Shown: positions 1 through 10,103, counted from the stretch's first letter. The stretch is 64,000 nucleotides of DNA from Eubacteriales bacterium (GCA_045588145.1 JAZNDS010000038.1:882-64881); one strand, 5' to 3'. Notes: generated from the letters alone by a model not told the origin. Numbers and translations are program-made.

Positions 1-834
1 TTCACCTCGAAAAGGATCCTGAAGGCGGCGATCATCCTTCTCGGCGCCGGTCTTTCCTTCAGCACCATTCTTTCGGTCGGCAAAATGACCTTCTTCGTGA
101 TGATCTTCACCTTCCTTATGTGCTTTGGGGGCGGGTATTTCGTGCGCCGCCTTTTCGGGCTGAATTGGAAGCTTGGGAACCTCATCTCGGCAGGGACCGG
201 GATCTGCGGCGGCTCTGCCGTGGCGGCGATCGCGCCCGTGATCGATGCCGATGACAGGGATATTGCCTTCGCCCTTTCCTCTACCTTTTTATTCGATATG
301 GTGATGATCGCGCTTTACCCGCTTATGGGGCAGGCCCTCGGCATGAGTGATATCGCCTACGGCATCTGGGCGGGGACCTCGGTCAACGATACGGCGAGCG
401 TCGTGGCCTCGGGCTATGCCTTTTCCGAGGCGGCGGGGGATTTTGCCACCATGGTCAAGCTGACCCGCACCATCGCCATCATTCCGACGGTTCTCGTCTT
501 TGCCTTTGTCGGCACCCGCATGAAAAAAAGAGAGCTGCAAGCGGCAAGCGGCGGCACAAGGGTCGACCTTGTCAAGATCGTTCCCTGGTTCATCGGCGGC
601 TTTTTGCTTCTGGCCGCCCTCAACAGCCTTGGCCTTATTCCCGCCGTTGCCGCGGCCCCCATCAAGGGCACGAGCAAATTCCTGATGGTGACGGCCCTTG
701 CGGCGATCGGGCTCAATACCAGCCTTATCGATTTCAAAAAGGCAGGCTTAAGACCGATGTTTTACGGGGTCACGATCGACACGCTTGTGACACTTACCGC
801 CCTTGCCGTTATTTGGCTGATGGGGCTGATGTAG
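1..834 (+). CDS. YeiH/UPF0324-family putative sulfate-exporter membrane protein (5' end cut by window edge)
   Basis: Frame 1 is open from base 1 (FTSKRILKAAIILLGAGLSF...) and runs into listed ORF 85..834. The sequence is polytopic and hydrophobic, with SAGTGICGGSAVAA and GTSVNDTASV segments typical of the family. Confidence 0.75.
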   Translation, partial: FTSKRILKAAIILLGAGLSFSTILSVGKMTFFVMIFTFLMCFGGGYFVRRLFGLNWKLGNLISAGTGICGGSAVAAIAPVIDADDRDIAFALSSTFLFDMVMIALYPLMGQALGMSDIAYGIWAGTSVNDTASVVASGYAFSEAAGDFATMVKLTRTIAIIPTVLVFAFVGTRMKKRELQAASGGTRVDLVKIVPWFIGGFLLLAALNSLGLIPAVAAAPIKGTSKFLMVTALAAIGLNTSLIDFKKAGLRPMFYGVTIDTLVTLTALAVIWLMGLM

Positions 835-1099
835 GGAAGAAGGCATGCCGCAGAAAGAATGTCTTACGAAAAAAGAGATCGAGCTTGATATCAAAAAACC
901 TTATCACAAGAGAAAGCATAAAAGGGGATCTTCTTGAAGAGAACAAAAAGGCCCTTTTGGGCAAAGCCGCTGATCTACGAGCTGGCCGAAGCGGGCGATA
1001 AATTTTATATCGTCCGCTTCCCGAACAAAAAACAGATCGAAGGGGTCTATCCCCAAAGCACGTACGAATACAAAGAAAAATAAGGAAAGGTAAAAGCCT

Positions 1100-2203
1100 A
1101 TGGAGCTGACGGTCAAAAAGGAACGGAATTCCTCGATCGAGCTGCTTCGCATCGTTGCGATGCTGTTCATCATTTTATCGCATCTGTGCGTGCATAACGG
1201 GATCTCTTTATCCCAAATGCCGCTGTCCTTAAATAAAACGCTGATGCAATGGGGAACGCTTGGCAACCTCGGTGTCGATATCTTCGTTCTGATCTCGGGC
1301 TATTTTCTCAGCACGCTTACCTTTAAGCGGCGGCGCCTTATCGAGCTGTTGACCGAGGTCTGGCTTTATTCGGCTATCCTTGCCGCCCTTTCGTTCTTCG
1401 TTTTTGATATCGTGCCGGATCAGAAGGCCTTTCTTAAGATCTGCATGCCGACGGTCTTTGCGGAATATTGGTTTTTTTCCGCCTACGTCGTCCTGCTTTT
1501 GCTTTCCCCCTTCTTAAACCTTTTGATCGAGAGGATGTCGCGCGCCGATTTCAAACGGCTGCTTCTTATTCTTCTTTCGCTGTGGGTGCTTATCCCAACG
1601 GCGACTACCCAGCTGATGTACGGCAACGAGATCGCCCAGCTTATCCTGTTTTATCTCATCGGCGCCTACTTCCGAAAGCATCCCGACAACCTCTTTGAAA
1701 AAAAGCGGGTGCGGGTTCTCTGCACGGCGGTCTTTTGGGTCCTTCTTCTTTTCTCCTCGGTCTTTATCGATCATTTCGCCGCCAAGCATTTTCCCTCCCT
1801 CGTGGGGCAGGGGCTCCGCTTCTTTTCCAGAAATTCGCTGTTTGTTGTGGGGATCGCCGTCGGGATGTTTGCCTCGGCCGTTTACCGCAAGCCCTTTACG
1901 AACCGCTTTATCAACGCGGTGGCCGCCTGTACCTTCGGCGTTTATTTGCTTCATGACAATCACCTGTTTCGGCAGGCGCTGTGGACGCGCATCTTCCCGA
2001 TCAAGGCGATCTACGGATCCCCTCTTTTCCCGCTGTATGCCGTCCTTATCGTTTTCACCGTGTTTTCCACCTGTACCGTGATCGAGTGGATACGGCAAAA
2101 AACGGTGGCCGCCCCGATCAGCCGCGCCGTTGACCGTTTGGTCGAAAAGGCGGATCTCGGTATCCGCCGGCTCGCCCGTTGGCTTTTCGCCAAGGGGGGC
2201 TGA
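1100..2203 (+). CDS. Acyltransferase family 3 (OafA-like) integral membrane protein
   Basis: N-terminus NSSIELLRIVAMLFIILSH followed by about 10 hydrophobic segments. AGGAAAGG RBS lies upstream of the ATG. Confidence 0.8.
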   Translation: MELTVKKERNSSIELLRIVAMLFIILSHLCVHNGISLSQMPLSLNKTLMQWGTLGNLGVDIFVLISGYFLSTLTFKRRRLIELLTEVWLYSAILAALSFFVFDIVPDQKAFLKICMPTVFAEYWFFSAYVVLLLLSPFLNLLIERMSRADFKRLLLILLSLWVLIPTATTQLMYGNEIAQLILFYLIGAYFRKHPDNLFEKKRVRVLCTAVFWVLLLFSSVFIDHFAAKHFPSLVGQGLRFFSRNSLFVVGIAVGMFASAVYRKPFTNRFINAVAACTFGVYLLHDNHLFRQALWTRIFPIKAIYGSPLFPLYAVLIVFTVFSTCTVIEWIRQKTVAAPISRAVDRLVEKADLGIRRLARWLFAKGG

Positions 2204-2212
2204 CCGCCGCCT

Positions 2213-2250
2213 AAAAGAAAAAGCACCCGCATAGGTGCTTTTTCTTTTTT
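2213..2250. terminator. Bidirectional rho-independent terminator between convergent genes
   Basis: Stem AAGCACC (2221-2227) pairs with GGTGCTT (2234-2240). It is flanked by an A-run and a T-run. Confidence 0.7.
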
Positions 2251-3023
2251 TACAGGTCGAGAAGCCGCTTGGCGTTGCCCGAAAAGACGAGCTCTTTATC
2301 GGCGTCGGTGATCGGCTCGTATTCCACGGCCTTGACGTAGGCCAGCGGGTTGCAGATCGGGTAGTCGGTGCCGAACAAAAAGCGCTCGGCCCCAAGGGCG
2401 CGCACGCCCTCGCAAAGAAGGCCGTAGCGGAAGATGCCCGTGCCCGAAAGATCAAGATACAGGTTCGGACAGGCCTTCATCGCCTCGATATGCGCCATAA
2501 AGCGGGCCCTTTCGCCGGGATGCGCCGCGACGAAGGTGACCCCCGGATTTTCTTTTACCATCTGACTTTCACCCGCGACGTCGTCGGTGCTGTGATAGGA
2601 AACGACCATCGAAAGCTCGCCCGCCAGCGATAAGATCTCCCGAAGGGCGGGATTTCGGTAGCCCCCCTCCCACGCGTGGATATAGGGGACGATCTCGCCA
2701 ATGAGGCGGCAACCCGCCTTATGCATCTTCTGTAGCCACTCGCAGGATTCGCGGGGGGCGGCGGGGTGGATCACGGCGCCCGGGATATACGCGCCCCCGA
2801 AGCGCTCGGCAAGCGCAAGCGTTTCGGTGTTGGTTCTTTCAAGGAGAGACACGGGATCGCTGTCCTTCAGGATCACCGAGCCGCAGAAGCGGGAAATGCC
2901 CGCCCGCGCCATATCCGCAAGGGCCGTATCCTCGCTATTGCCCACCGTCTTCTTATAATGGCAGAGGTTCGCCTCGTTTCCGATCGGCGGATGGATGTGA
3001 AAATCAATGATCTCCATTTGCAA
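2250..3023 (-). CDS. Amidohydrolase-2 family metal-dependent hydrolase (TIM barrel)
   Basis: N-terminal IDFHIHPP metal-binding motif and about 257 aa length. Starts 18 nt downstream of asd on the same strand. Confidence 0.75.
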   Translation of the reverse strand: MQMEIIDFHIHPPIGNEANLCHYKKTVGNSEDTALADMARAGISRFCGSVILKDSDPVSLLERTNTETLALAERFGGAYIPGAVIHPAAPRESCEWLQKMHKAGCRLIGEIVPYIHAWEGGYRNPALREILSLAGELSMVVSYHSTDDVAGESQMVKENPGVTFVAAHPGERARFMAHIEAMKACPNLYLDLSGTGIFRYGLLCEGVRALGAERFLFGTDYPICNPLAYVKAVEYEPITDADKELVFSGNAKRLLDL

Positions 3024-3041
3024 GGTTTCCTTTACAAAGGT

Positions 3042-4121
3042 TTACTTTTTGGTGATATATCCCTCGCGATAAAGCAGCTCGGCGTTCAGGAGCGCGCCGC
3101 CCGCGGCACCGCGGAGCGTGTTGTGCGAAAGGCCAACGAACTTATAATCGAAGAGGGTGTCCTCGCGAAGCCGCCCGACCGAAACGCCCATGCCGCCGTA
3201 CAGATCACGGTCAAGCAGGGTCTGGGGGCGGTTGTCCTCCTCGAAATAGGTGATGAACTGCGCGGGCGCAGAGGGGAGGCCAAGCTCTTGGGGCTTGCCC
3301 TTGAAGCTACGCCAGGCTTCGAGAATAGCTTCCTTCTCGGGCTTCTTCTCAAAGGATACGAAGACGGCGGCCATGTGTCCGTCGATAACCGGTACGCGGA
3401 TGCACTGGGTGGTGATGATGGGCGACTCGGCCTTTACGATCACGCCCCCTTCGACCTTACCCCAGATGCGAAGCGGGTCTTGCTCGCTCTTTTCCTCCTC
3501 GCCGCCGATGTAGGGAATGACGTTGCCGACCATTTCGGGCCATTCGTTGAAGGTCTTGCCGGCGCCGCTGATCGCCTGGTAGGTGGTGGCGACGATCTTG
3601 GTGGGCTTATAGGCCAAAAGAGGCGTCAGGGCGGGGACGTAGCTCTGGATCGAGCAGTTGGGCTTGACCGCGATAAAGCCGCGGGTGGTGCCGAGGCGCT
3701 TCTTCTGGTATTCGATGACCGAGAGGTGGCTGTCGTTGATCTCGGGGATCATCATCGGGACGTCGGGCGTCCAACGGTTGGCGGAGTTATTCGAAACGAC
3801 CGGCAGCTCGGCCTTGGCGAGCCGCTCCTCAAGCAGCACGACCTCGCTCTTCGGCAGGTTGACGGCGCAGAAAACAAAATCACAAAGGTCGGCGATCGTC
3901 TTGGTGTCCTCGGACGAGATGACCACCATATCCTCCACCGACTTGGGCATCGGCGCGGTAAGCTTCCAGCGCGCGCCGACCGCCTCACGGTAGGTGCGCC
4001 CCGCGCTTCTTTCGCTGGCGATCAGGGCCGAGATCTCAAAATACGGATGCTCCGCCAGCAGGGTGACAAAGCGTTGGCCGACCATACCGGTGGCGCCAAC
4101 GATACCAACCTTCAATTTCAT
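3042..4121 (-). CDS. asd: Aspartate-semialdehyde dehydrogenase
   Basis: MKLKVGIVGATGMVGQ Rossmann N-terminus and a KPNCSIQ active-site Cys region. Start trimmed to ATG 4121, which has an AGGAGG RBS. The listed ORF start at 4193 lies upstream of the promoter -10. Confidence 0.92.
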   Translation of the reverse strand: MKLKVGIVGATGMVGQRFVTLLAEHPYFEISALIASERSAGRTYREAVGARWKLTAPMPKSVEDMVVISSEDTKTIADLCDFVFCAVNLPKSEVVLLEERLAKAELPVVSNNSANRWTPDVPMMIPEINDSHLSVIEYQKKRLGTTRGFIAVKPNCSIQSYVPALTPLLAYKPTKIVATTYQAISGAGKTFNEWPEMVGNVIPYIGGEEEKSEQDPLRIWGKVEGGVIVKAESPIITTQCIRVPVIDGHMAAVFVSFEKKPEKEAILEAWRSFKGKPQELGLPSAPAQFITYFEEDNRPQTLLDRDLYGGMGVSVGRLREDTLFDYKFVGLSHNTLRGAAGGALLNAELLYREGYITKK

Positions 4122-4164
4122 CACAAATCCTCCTGTATACAGAAAATATCTTTTACAATATCGC

Positions 4165-4193
4165 ATTATAGCACGAAGGGGCGTTTTTGTCAA
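4165..4193 (-). promoter_or_regulatory. Consensus sigma-A promoter for asd
   Basis: Minus strand reads TTGACA-N17-TATAAT exactly, with TGc giving an extended -10. Confidence 0.7.
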
Positions 4194-4367
4194 TCAAAAG
4201 CCGCCCTTTTTGCAAAAAACCCCTTTTCAAAACACAAATATACAGATATCATACCCTATTCTTTTGAACAAGTCACGCTTTTTTCCAAATAAACCTTTTG
4301 TTTTTCCAAATAGATTTGTTTATTTGGAAATCCAAAAACAGAAGCGACCGTGTTTTACCAACCGCTT

Positions 4368-4406
4368 TTTAAAAAAGGGAGCTTGCCGAATTTTGCAAGC
4401 CCCCCT
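4368..4406 (-). terminator. Rho-independent terminator of the GPH-GH2 operon
   Basis: Minus strand reads GGGGGCTTGC-aaaattcg-GCAAGCTCCC followed by TTTTTT, about 20 nt after the GH2 stop. Confidence 0.8.
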
Positions 4407-4425
4407 TTGGAGATTTAGCGAAGCC

Positions 4426-6678
4426 TTACGCTTCTTTTTTCTTTTTCTTTTTGCGAATTTTATTGAGCTTCTTGTTGATCGCCAACAGCTCTTCCTTCGT
4501 GAAGCTGACGTTCATCATGCCCATCAGCCCGAGAAGGCGAAGGACGGTGAAGCCCTGCATCATCTGCATCATATCGGCCGAAAGCTCAAAGCCCATGGCG
4601 GTTCCCTTTTCGCCCTTCTTCTTGCCGCCCATCAGGCGCTTGGCAAGCGAGAGGAAGAGAAGCTTGCCGCGCAAGGTTGCCAGCACCTCGCCCATCTTAT
4701 CGTTGAGCGAGAGGCGTCCTTCGGGCATATCGACCTCAAACCAGTTCAGCACCGCGTTCTTTTCGACAAGGCGGTACTTTTCGGGGAAGGTGTCGACCTT
4801 TTGCAGGCGGCTTTCGTCGCGGCACTCACCCGCGACGGCCAAAAGCTTTGTTTCCCCGACGTTCGGTACGTCGAAATAGAAGAAATGCTCGGGGCTTTGC
4901 TTCTTACCGAGCGACTGCCCGTTCGCGAACAGCTCGACCTCGGGAAGGTTCGAATAGACGGTGACACGCGCAACGTCCTCGCATCTCTCCTCGTAGCGCT
5001 TACCGCAGATATGCACGAAGGGATCGTCCGAGAGCCAGGCCTTGTAGGCGTAGAAGGCGTCCTTCTTATACTTGCGGTCAAAGGTCATAAGGCCCTTGTG
5101 ATTCTGTCCGTTCTCGCCGCCCTCGCTGCGTGCGTCGGCCCCGAAATCGAACATATTCCACACGTGGGTCGCCCACAGATACTTACGGGTAAAGAGCTGC
5201 TTGATCAGCTCCTCGTGGTAGTAGGCCTGGTATTCCTCGGTGTAGTCGCCCTGGCGGGGGTCCGAGGTATGCCAGTCGAGCGCCTCGCAGCCGTATTCGC
5301 TGACGCCGACGGGAAGACTCGGATGCATGGCGTGGAACTTATCGAACCAGGGGCCGTTCATATCGGTGTCGCCGCCGTACCAGCCGAAGTAGTGGTTGTA
5401 GGAGACAACGTCGGGGATCTCCAGATACGGGCTGTCCATCGGGCACATCGAGACCGCCGCCACCGTGGTAAGACGGGTCTTATCCATTGAATGGACGAGG
5501 TCGTTGAGCATGCGGTGATTATCCAGAAGATCGGGATCCTTGTCGCCGTTCATGGTGATCTCGTTCGAAAGGCCCCATACGACGATCGAGGGGTGATTGT
5601 AGTTCTGGCTGATCAGCTCGATCATCTGGGTGCGGGTGTTTTCGCGCCCACCCGGCATATGCTTGGAGATATAGGGGATCTCCGCCCAGATGACAAGCCC
5701 CTTTTCGTCGCAAAGATCATAGAAATACTGATCGTGCTGATAGTGCGCAAGACGAATGGTGGTAGCGCCGACCTCCAGGATCAGCTCAATATCCTCGCGG
5801 TGATGCTCGGGAAGCAGGGCGTTGCCGATGCCAAGGCGGTCCTGATGGCGCGAAACGCCGCGAAGCGGATATTCTTCTCCGTTGAGGATAAAGCCGCGCT
5901 CGGGGTCGATCGAGAAGCTGCGGCAGCCAAAGCGGGCCGACACCTCGTCAACGACCTCGCCGCCCATCAGCAGCTCGGCCTTCGCGGTATACAGATACGG
6001 ATTCTTGCGCCCGTGCCAGAGGGTAGGATCTTCAATAACGATCGTTTCCTCGTCCTTTTCGCTTTCAAGGCTTGCGACGACCGCCCCCTCTTTATCGGTG
6101 ACGGTGTAGCGGAAGGTGGCGCCTGCCGCGTTTGTTGTGTAAAGTTTCGTTGTCGCTTTCGCCGTGTTGCCCTCTACGATCGGGGTGACCTGGATACCGG
6201 GGGCCCCGTAATAGTCGAGGTCAAAGTGCGCCTCCTCGACCGAGATGAGGTTCACGTTGCGGTAAAGGCCGCCATAGAAGGTGAAGTCGGCCATCTGGGG
6301 ATAAACGCGGTCGTTCGGGGCGTTGTCGACGGCGACCGTGATCCGCTTGCTCTTTTTCAGGGCCTCGGTGATATCGACGCGATAGGTCGAATACCCACCG
6401 TCGTGGTGGAAAAGCTTTTCTTCTCCGACATAGACGTCGCTCGACGAGTTGGCGCCGCATATCTCCAGATACTGGCGGGCGCCGGTAAGAGGCTCCGAAA
6501 GCTCACGGCAGTAGTAGGCGGTGCCGCGGAAATAGTCGTTTCCGCCATCCTGACCGTCGGTGGCGTTCCAAGTGTGGGGCAGGGTAACGGACTCGGCCCC
6601 CTCGGGCAGCTGCCCGATCGCGGCGGGGGCGTTCTTCGAAAAGAGCCAGCCCTCGTTTAAGGAAATCTTGTTTCTCAT
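4426..6678 (-). CDS. Glycoside hydrolase family 2 (beta-galactosidase/beta-glucuronidase-like), cytoplasmic
   Basis: N-terminal LNEGWLF...LPHTWNA sugar-binding-domain signature. Acid/base VVWGLSNE and nucleophile VSEYG motifs are present. Start trimmed to ATG 6678 (AGGAG RBS), which removes the overlap with the upstream transporter gene. Confidence 0.9.
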   Translation of the reverse strand: MRNKISLNEGWLFSKNAPAAIGQLPEGAESVTLPHTWNATDGQDGGNDYFRGTAYYCRELSEPLTGARQYLEICGANSSSDVYVGEEKLFHHDGGYSTYRVDITEALKKSKRITVAVDNAPNDRVYPQMADFTFYGGLYRNVNLISVEEAHFDLDYYGAPGIQVTPIVEGNTAKATTKLYTTNAAGATFRYTVTDKEGAVVASLESEKDEETIVIEDPTLWHGRKNPYLYTAKAELLMGGEVVDEVSARFGCRSFSIDPERGFILNGEEYPLRGVSRHQDRLGIGNALLPEHHREDIELILEVGATTIRLAHYQHDQYFYDLCDEKGLVIWAEIPYISKHMPGGRENTRTQMIELISQNYNHPSIVVWGLSNEITMNGDKDPDLLDNHRMLNDLVHSMDKTRLTTVAAVSMCPMDSPYLEIPDVVSYNHYFGWYGGDTDMNGPWFDKFHAMHPSLPVGVSEYGCEALDWHTSDPRQGDYTEEYQAYYHEELIKQLFTRKYLWATHVWNMFDFGADARSEGGENGQNHKGLMTFDRKYKKDAFYAYKAWLSDDPFVHICGKRYEERCEDVARVTVYSNLPEVELFANGQSLGKKQSPEHFFYFDVPNVGETKLLAVAGECRDESRLQKVDTFPEKYRLVEKNAVLNWFEVDMPEGRLSLNDKMGEVLATLRGKLLFLSLAKRLMGGKKKGEKGTAMGFELSADMMQMMQGFTVLRLLGLMGMMNVSFTKEELLAINKKLNKIRKKKKKKEA

Positions 6679-6745
6679 TGTTTTCTCCTTTGGATCTATC
6701 GGTTTTGAAAGGAGCCCGACCAAGCGGTCGGGCATCCTTACGGAT

Positions 6746-8320
6746 TTATTCTTCGACCGAAGCGGCCTTTCTTTCCTCAAGCTCGGCGTTCATTTCGCCA
6801 AGCGTTTTCTTATCGAGGTTGTAGATCACGGCAATGCCGATGAACTGCAAAACGGCGCTGAAGAGGTAAAGGGCGGCGACCAGCCAGCACATGTTGTGCG
6901 CGGTCGTCATGCTCTGACCGATGGTGCCGTATTTGGCCTCGTAGCCGAGCCAGCCCATGATCAGCAGAACAGCCGAGGGACCAACGCCCTGCGCCAGCTT
7001 ACGGAAGAAGGAATGCAGCGAATAGACGGTGCCCTCCTCGCGGGTGCCGAACTTCCATTCGTTGTAGTCGATCGCATCCCCCATCATCGCCCAGGAAACG
7101 CAGGTGTAAACACCCATGCCGATGCCGAAGGCAACAAGGCCGAGGATAAAGACGACAAGCGCCACCGTGGTGTTCCCGATCAGGGGGAAGATCAGCATAA
7201 TAACGCCGCCCGCGATCGAGACCAGCGTACCGACGACCGAGGCCTCCTTTTTGCCGTACTTTTCCACGATCTTCGTGATAAAGGGCATAAAGAGGAACAT
7301 GGGAAGGAAGCCGATGACCTGCACGACACCCGAAAGAGAGGCCATATTAAAGTAGGTCGCAAACATGATAGTCGAGGCGGTGGTAGCGGCGTTCATGCCG
7401 AGGAACATACCCATGGCGGCGAGCGTCGCGCCGACGGCGGGGCGGTTCTTCATAAACTTGCCAAAGGCCTTGATGATGTTGAACTTTTCGGTCTTCTCCT
7501 GGGTCTTTACGGTATTTTCGTCCACACGGACCGTGATGTTTTTCAGCATAAAGAGGAAGGCGAGGAACCCGATAACGCCCATAATAAGCGCCGCGAGGAA
7601 CACACGCTCGCCAAGCAGGATCTCCAGACCCTTACCGGTCTGCGGGTTCAATACCGCCTCCCCGATCTCATAGGGGCGGGAGGGGTTGCCGGGCGTTGCG
7701 GGCGTGACCGTAAACTGATCGGGGGTAACACCCTCGGGCAGAACGATCTGATCGAGGAAGTTGGTGTTTCCCTCCCAGGTCACCTTGCGCCAGATCAGCA
7801 TCGGCAGAATGACGTTGGGAAGAATGTTACCGACCATCGAGCCGATCGAGCGCCAGGTCGAAAGCTGGGCACGCTCACCGGGATCGTCGGAAACGATCGA
7901 GAGCATCGAGCCGTAGGGAACGTTGGCGATGGTGTAGAAGGCATCCCAGACGATATACCCGACGATGAAGAGGATCGCCTTTAAGACGACGGGGGCATTC
8001 GGGAAGGGGAGGAAGACGGCGGCGCCGCCGACCAACAGCCCACAGGCCCCGATAAAGATATAGGTCTTGAATTTTCCGTGCTTATAGGATCTTCTGTCGT
8101 TGTCGATGAGTGTACCGATCAGGGGATCGTTTACGGCGTCCCAGATCTGGACCACGAGAAGCAGGGCCGAAAGAAGCCCGGTCTCCAGCATCATGTAGAC
8201 CAGCCAGAAGGTCTGTACGGTGGCCTTCAGCGCAAAGCTCATGTTGCAGCCAAGGTCACCGGCGGCATACGCCAGCTTATCGCGCATACCAAAGGGTCTT
8301 TTTGCCTTTTGATTTTCCAT
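6746..8320 (-). CDS. GPH-family glycoside-pentoside-hexuronide:cation symporter (MFS)
   Basis: N-terminus RDKLAYAAGDLGCNMSF and a 12-TM profile. Lies directly upstream of GH2 on the same strand. Confidence 0.88.
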   Translation of the reverse strand: MENQKAKRPFGMRDKLAYAAGDLGCNMSFALKATVQTFWLVYMMLETGLLSALLLVVQIWDAVNDPLIGTLIDNDRRSYKHGKFKTYIFIGACGLLVGGAAVFLPFPNAPVVLKAILFIVGYIVWDAFYTIANVPYGSMLSIVSDDPGERAQLSTWRSIGSMVGNILPNVILPMLIWRKVTWEGNTNFLDQIVLPEGVTPDQFTVTPATPGNPSRPYEIGEAVLNPQTGKGLEILLGERVFLAALIMGVIGFLAFLFMLKNITVRVDENTVKTQEKTEKFNIIKAFGKFMKNRPAVGATLAAMGMFLGMNAATTASTIMFATYFNMASLSGVVQVIGFLPMFLFMPFITKIVEKYGKKEASVVGTLVSIAGGVIMLIFPLIGNTTVALVVFILGLVAFGIGMGVYTCVSWAMMGDAIDYNEWKFGTREEGTVYSLHSFFRKLAQGVGPSAVLLIMGWLGYEAKYGTIGQSMTTAHNMCWLVAALYLFSAVLQFIGIAVIYNLDKKTLGEMNAELEERKAASVEE

Positions 8321-8486
8321 TTCGAAAGATTCCTTTCTAAAATTTTATATTGTACCGCCCCTTCATTATACCAAAAGAAAGGGAAAAGGTGTTTGTAGCA
8401 TTTTCCTGTAATTTGTATTTTTTTTATATTATTATAAAAAAATAGTTGAAATTTTCACAAAAATGAGGTAAACTTTAGGTAATTAT

Positions 8487-9761
8487 ATGGAAAAAACGAC
8501 TATGGGGGCGGATATGAACTACCAAAGGGAGCTGTTGTTCCTTCAGCGCGCGCTTACGAAGCTTTCTCTTCGCCTTTTCCTTTTTTCCGAAAAGGAGAAG
8601 GACGAAAAGGGCAAGCCCTTTGACGGCGGTCTTCGCCACATTCTCGGGATCCTTGAGGACCGATGCGCCGCCCTTTTGCCGCATTGCCGTGCCGCCAAGG
8701 AGGCGGGGATCTATACCTTTACCGACCGCTTTTTGTGCAGCTACAGCTTTTTGCGCCTGCCGGGGGAGGAGGAGCGCTTTCTTTTCATCGGCCCCTATCG
8801 GCGCGAGGGGGTGCGGCGCGAGGCCTTCCTTCAACGCCTTGAAACGGTTTTGCAGAAGGGAAAGATCCCTCCGTCGCTCGGCGGCTTTTTCGAATCGCTG
8901 ACCCCGATCGGAGACGGCCACGCGCTTTTCGCGCTGCTGGAGGCCTTCGGGGATCTTTTATGGGGGAAGGACGGTTACGTTTTCCACACCGTAAAGGAAA
9001 AATACGAGATCGACCTGCAAAGGGTGCTGGCAAGGCACACGGGAAAGGAGGAGCTTTCCCTCCCCGCGGAGCGGGAGCTGGAGCTGCGCTACGCCTACGA
9101 GAACGAGATGATGGAGATCATTTCGCACGGGCAGGCCCACCGCCTCTCCTTTCTGCGCGCCCTCTCCTCCGCCCCCGATCGGGTCATGGAAAAAAGAAGC
9201 GATAGCCCGCTTCGCAACCTGCAGAACTACGCCGTGATCTTCAACACCCTCTCCCGCAAGGCGGCCGAATCGGGCGGGGTGCATCCCATGCATCTGGACA
9301 GCCTCTCCCGCCATTTCGCCCTTCGGATCGAGGGCGCCGCCTCGGTAGCGGAGCTTTCCCCGCTTCTTGACGAGATGGCCTACGCCTACTGCCGCCTCGT
9401 GCAGAAGCATTCCTTAAAGTCTTATTCCCCGCCCGTGCAGAAGGCGATCGCCTATATCAACGCCAACCCCTCCGCCCCCTTCTCGCTTTCGGCGCTCTCA
9501 CACCGCCTCGGGCTTTCCGCCAGCTACCTTTCCGACCTTTTCAAGAGGGAAAGCGGCCGATGCCTTACCGAGTACGCAAACGAAAAGAAGATGGAGCTTG
9601 CGGCCTCGCTGCTGACCGGCACCGACGAGCGGGTCGGCGAGATCGCGGCAGCGGTCGGGATCCCCGATCTGCAATATTTTTCCAAGCTTTTCAAAAAAAG
9701 CAAGGGCGAAACGCCGACCGAATACCGAAAGCGGCGCATCGCCGCCCCGAAAATTCGGTGA
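8487..9761 (+). CDS. AraC-family transcriptional regulator
   Basis: C-terminal double HTH (LSALSHRLGLSASYLSDLFKRE...IAAAVGIPDLQYFSKLFKK). Divergent from the transporter-GH2 operon. The exact start is uncertain because in-frame ATGs also occur at 8505 and 8514. Confidence 0.85.
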   Translation: MEKTTMGADMNYQRELLFLQRALTKLSLRLFLFSEKEKDEKGKPFDGGLRHILGILEDRCAALLPHCRAAKEAGIYTFTDRFLCSYSFLRLPGEEERFLFIGPYRREGVRREAFLQRLETVLQKGKIPPSLGGFFESLTPIGDGHALFALLEAFGDLLWGKDGYVFHTVKEKYEIDLQRVLARHTGKEELSLPAERELELRYAYENEMMEIISHGQAHRLSFLRALSSAPDRVMEKRSDSPLRNLQNYAVIFNTLSRKAAESGGVHPMHLDSLSRHFALRIEGAASVAELSPLLDEMAYAYCRLVQKHSLKSYSPPVQKAIAYINANPSAPFSLSALSHRLGLSASYLSDLFKRESGRCLTEYANEKKMELAASLLTGTDERVGEIAAAVGIPDLQYFSKLFKKSKGETPTEYRKRRIAAPKIR

Positions 9762-9790
9762 TCTCTTGCAGCCGACGGACGATATCAAGA

Positions 9791-10024
9791 CGGACGAGCG
9801 ATGCTCGACCTGTCGGCGTCGTGTGTCGCGTTCTATCGCCTGCGCCTGCTCGGCTCTGCCCGCTCGCGCTTTGGCCGACACCGATTGAAAAAACGCCTTT
9901 GCCGTTTTTTCTGCACTAACCCTACAAAAGCCGCCTTTGCACAAAGGCGGTTTTTATCCAAGGCCTTGGTATATCATCACGGCACCGCCGTGCATGAGAA
10001 CGGACGAGCGATGCTCGCCCCTAC
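9791..10024 (+). repeat. Composite REP-like intergenic element, copy 1 (inverted partner at 25774..26010)
   Basis: Near-identical to the reverse complement of 25774..26010. Contains CGAGC-GAT-GCTCG hairpin modules at both ends, a CCGCCTTTG/CAAAGGCGG terminator-like hairpin and a CACGGC/GCCGTG hairpin. Confidence 0.85.
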
Positions 10025-10103
10025 TATTGTAATCCAAAAGGGGAAAAACATACGAAAAAAGCCAACGCATTCGGACGAAGCCGTTTGCCTTGGCTTTTCT
10101 TTT

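Noticed and set aside
813-1001. Listed ORF 813..1001 (62 aa) in the yeiH-acyltransferase gap.
   Set aside because: It starts inside the yeiH coding end and is basic and low-complexity, with no RBS. The alternative 49-aa frame (934..1083) looks more protein-like and is reported as a low-confidence finding instead.
2766-7984. Long + strand ORFs 2766..4292, 3994..5490, 5491..6660 and 6560..7984 (389-508 aa).
   Set aside because: They lie antisense to well-supported asd, GH2 and GPH transporter genes. Their translations are Arg/Gly/Ala/Asp-rich low-complexity sequence with no recognisable motifs or RBS. These are typical shadow ORFs of GC-rich DNA.
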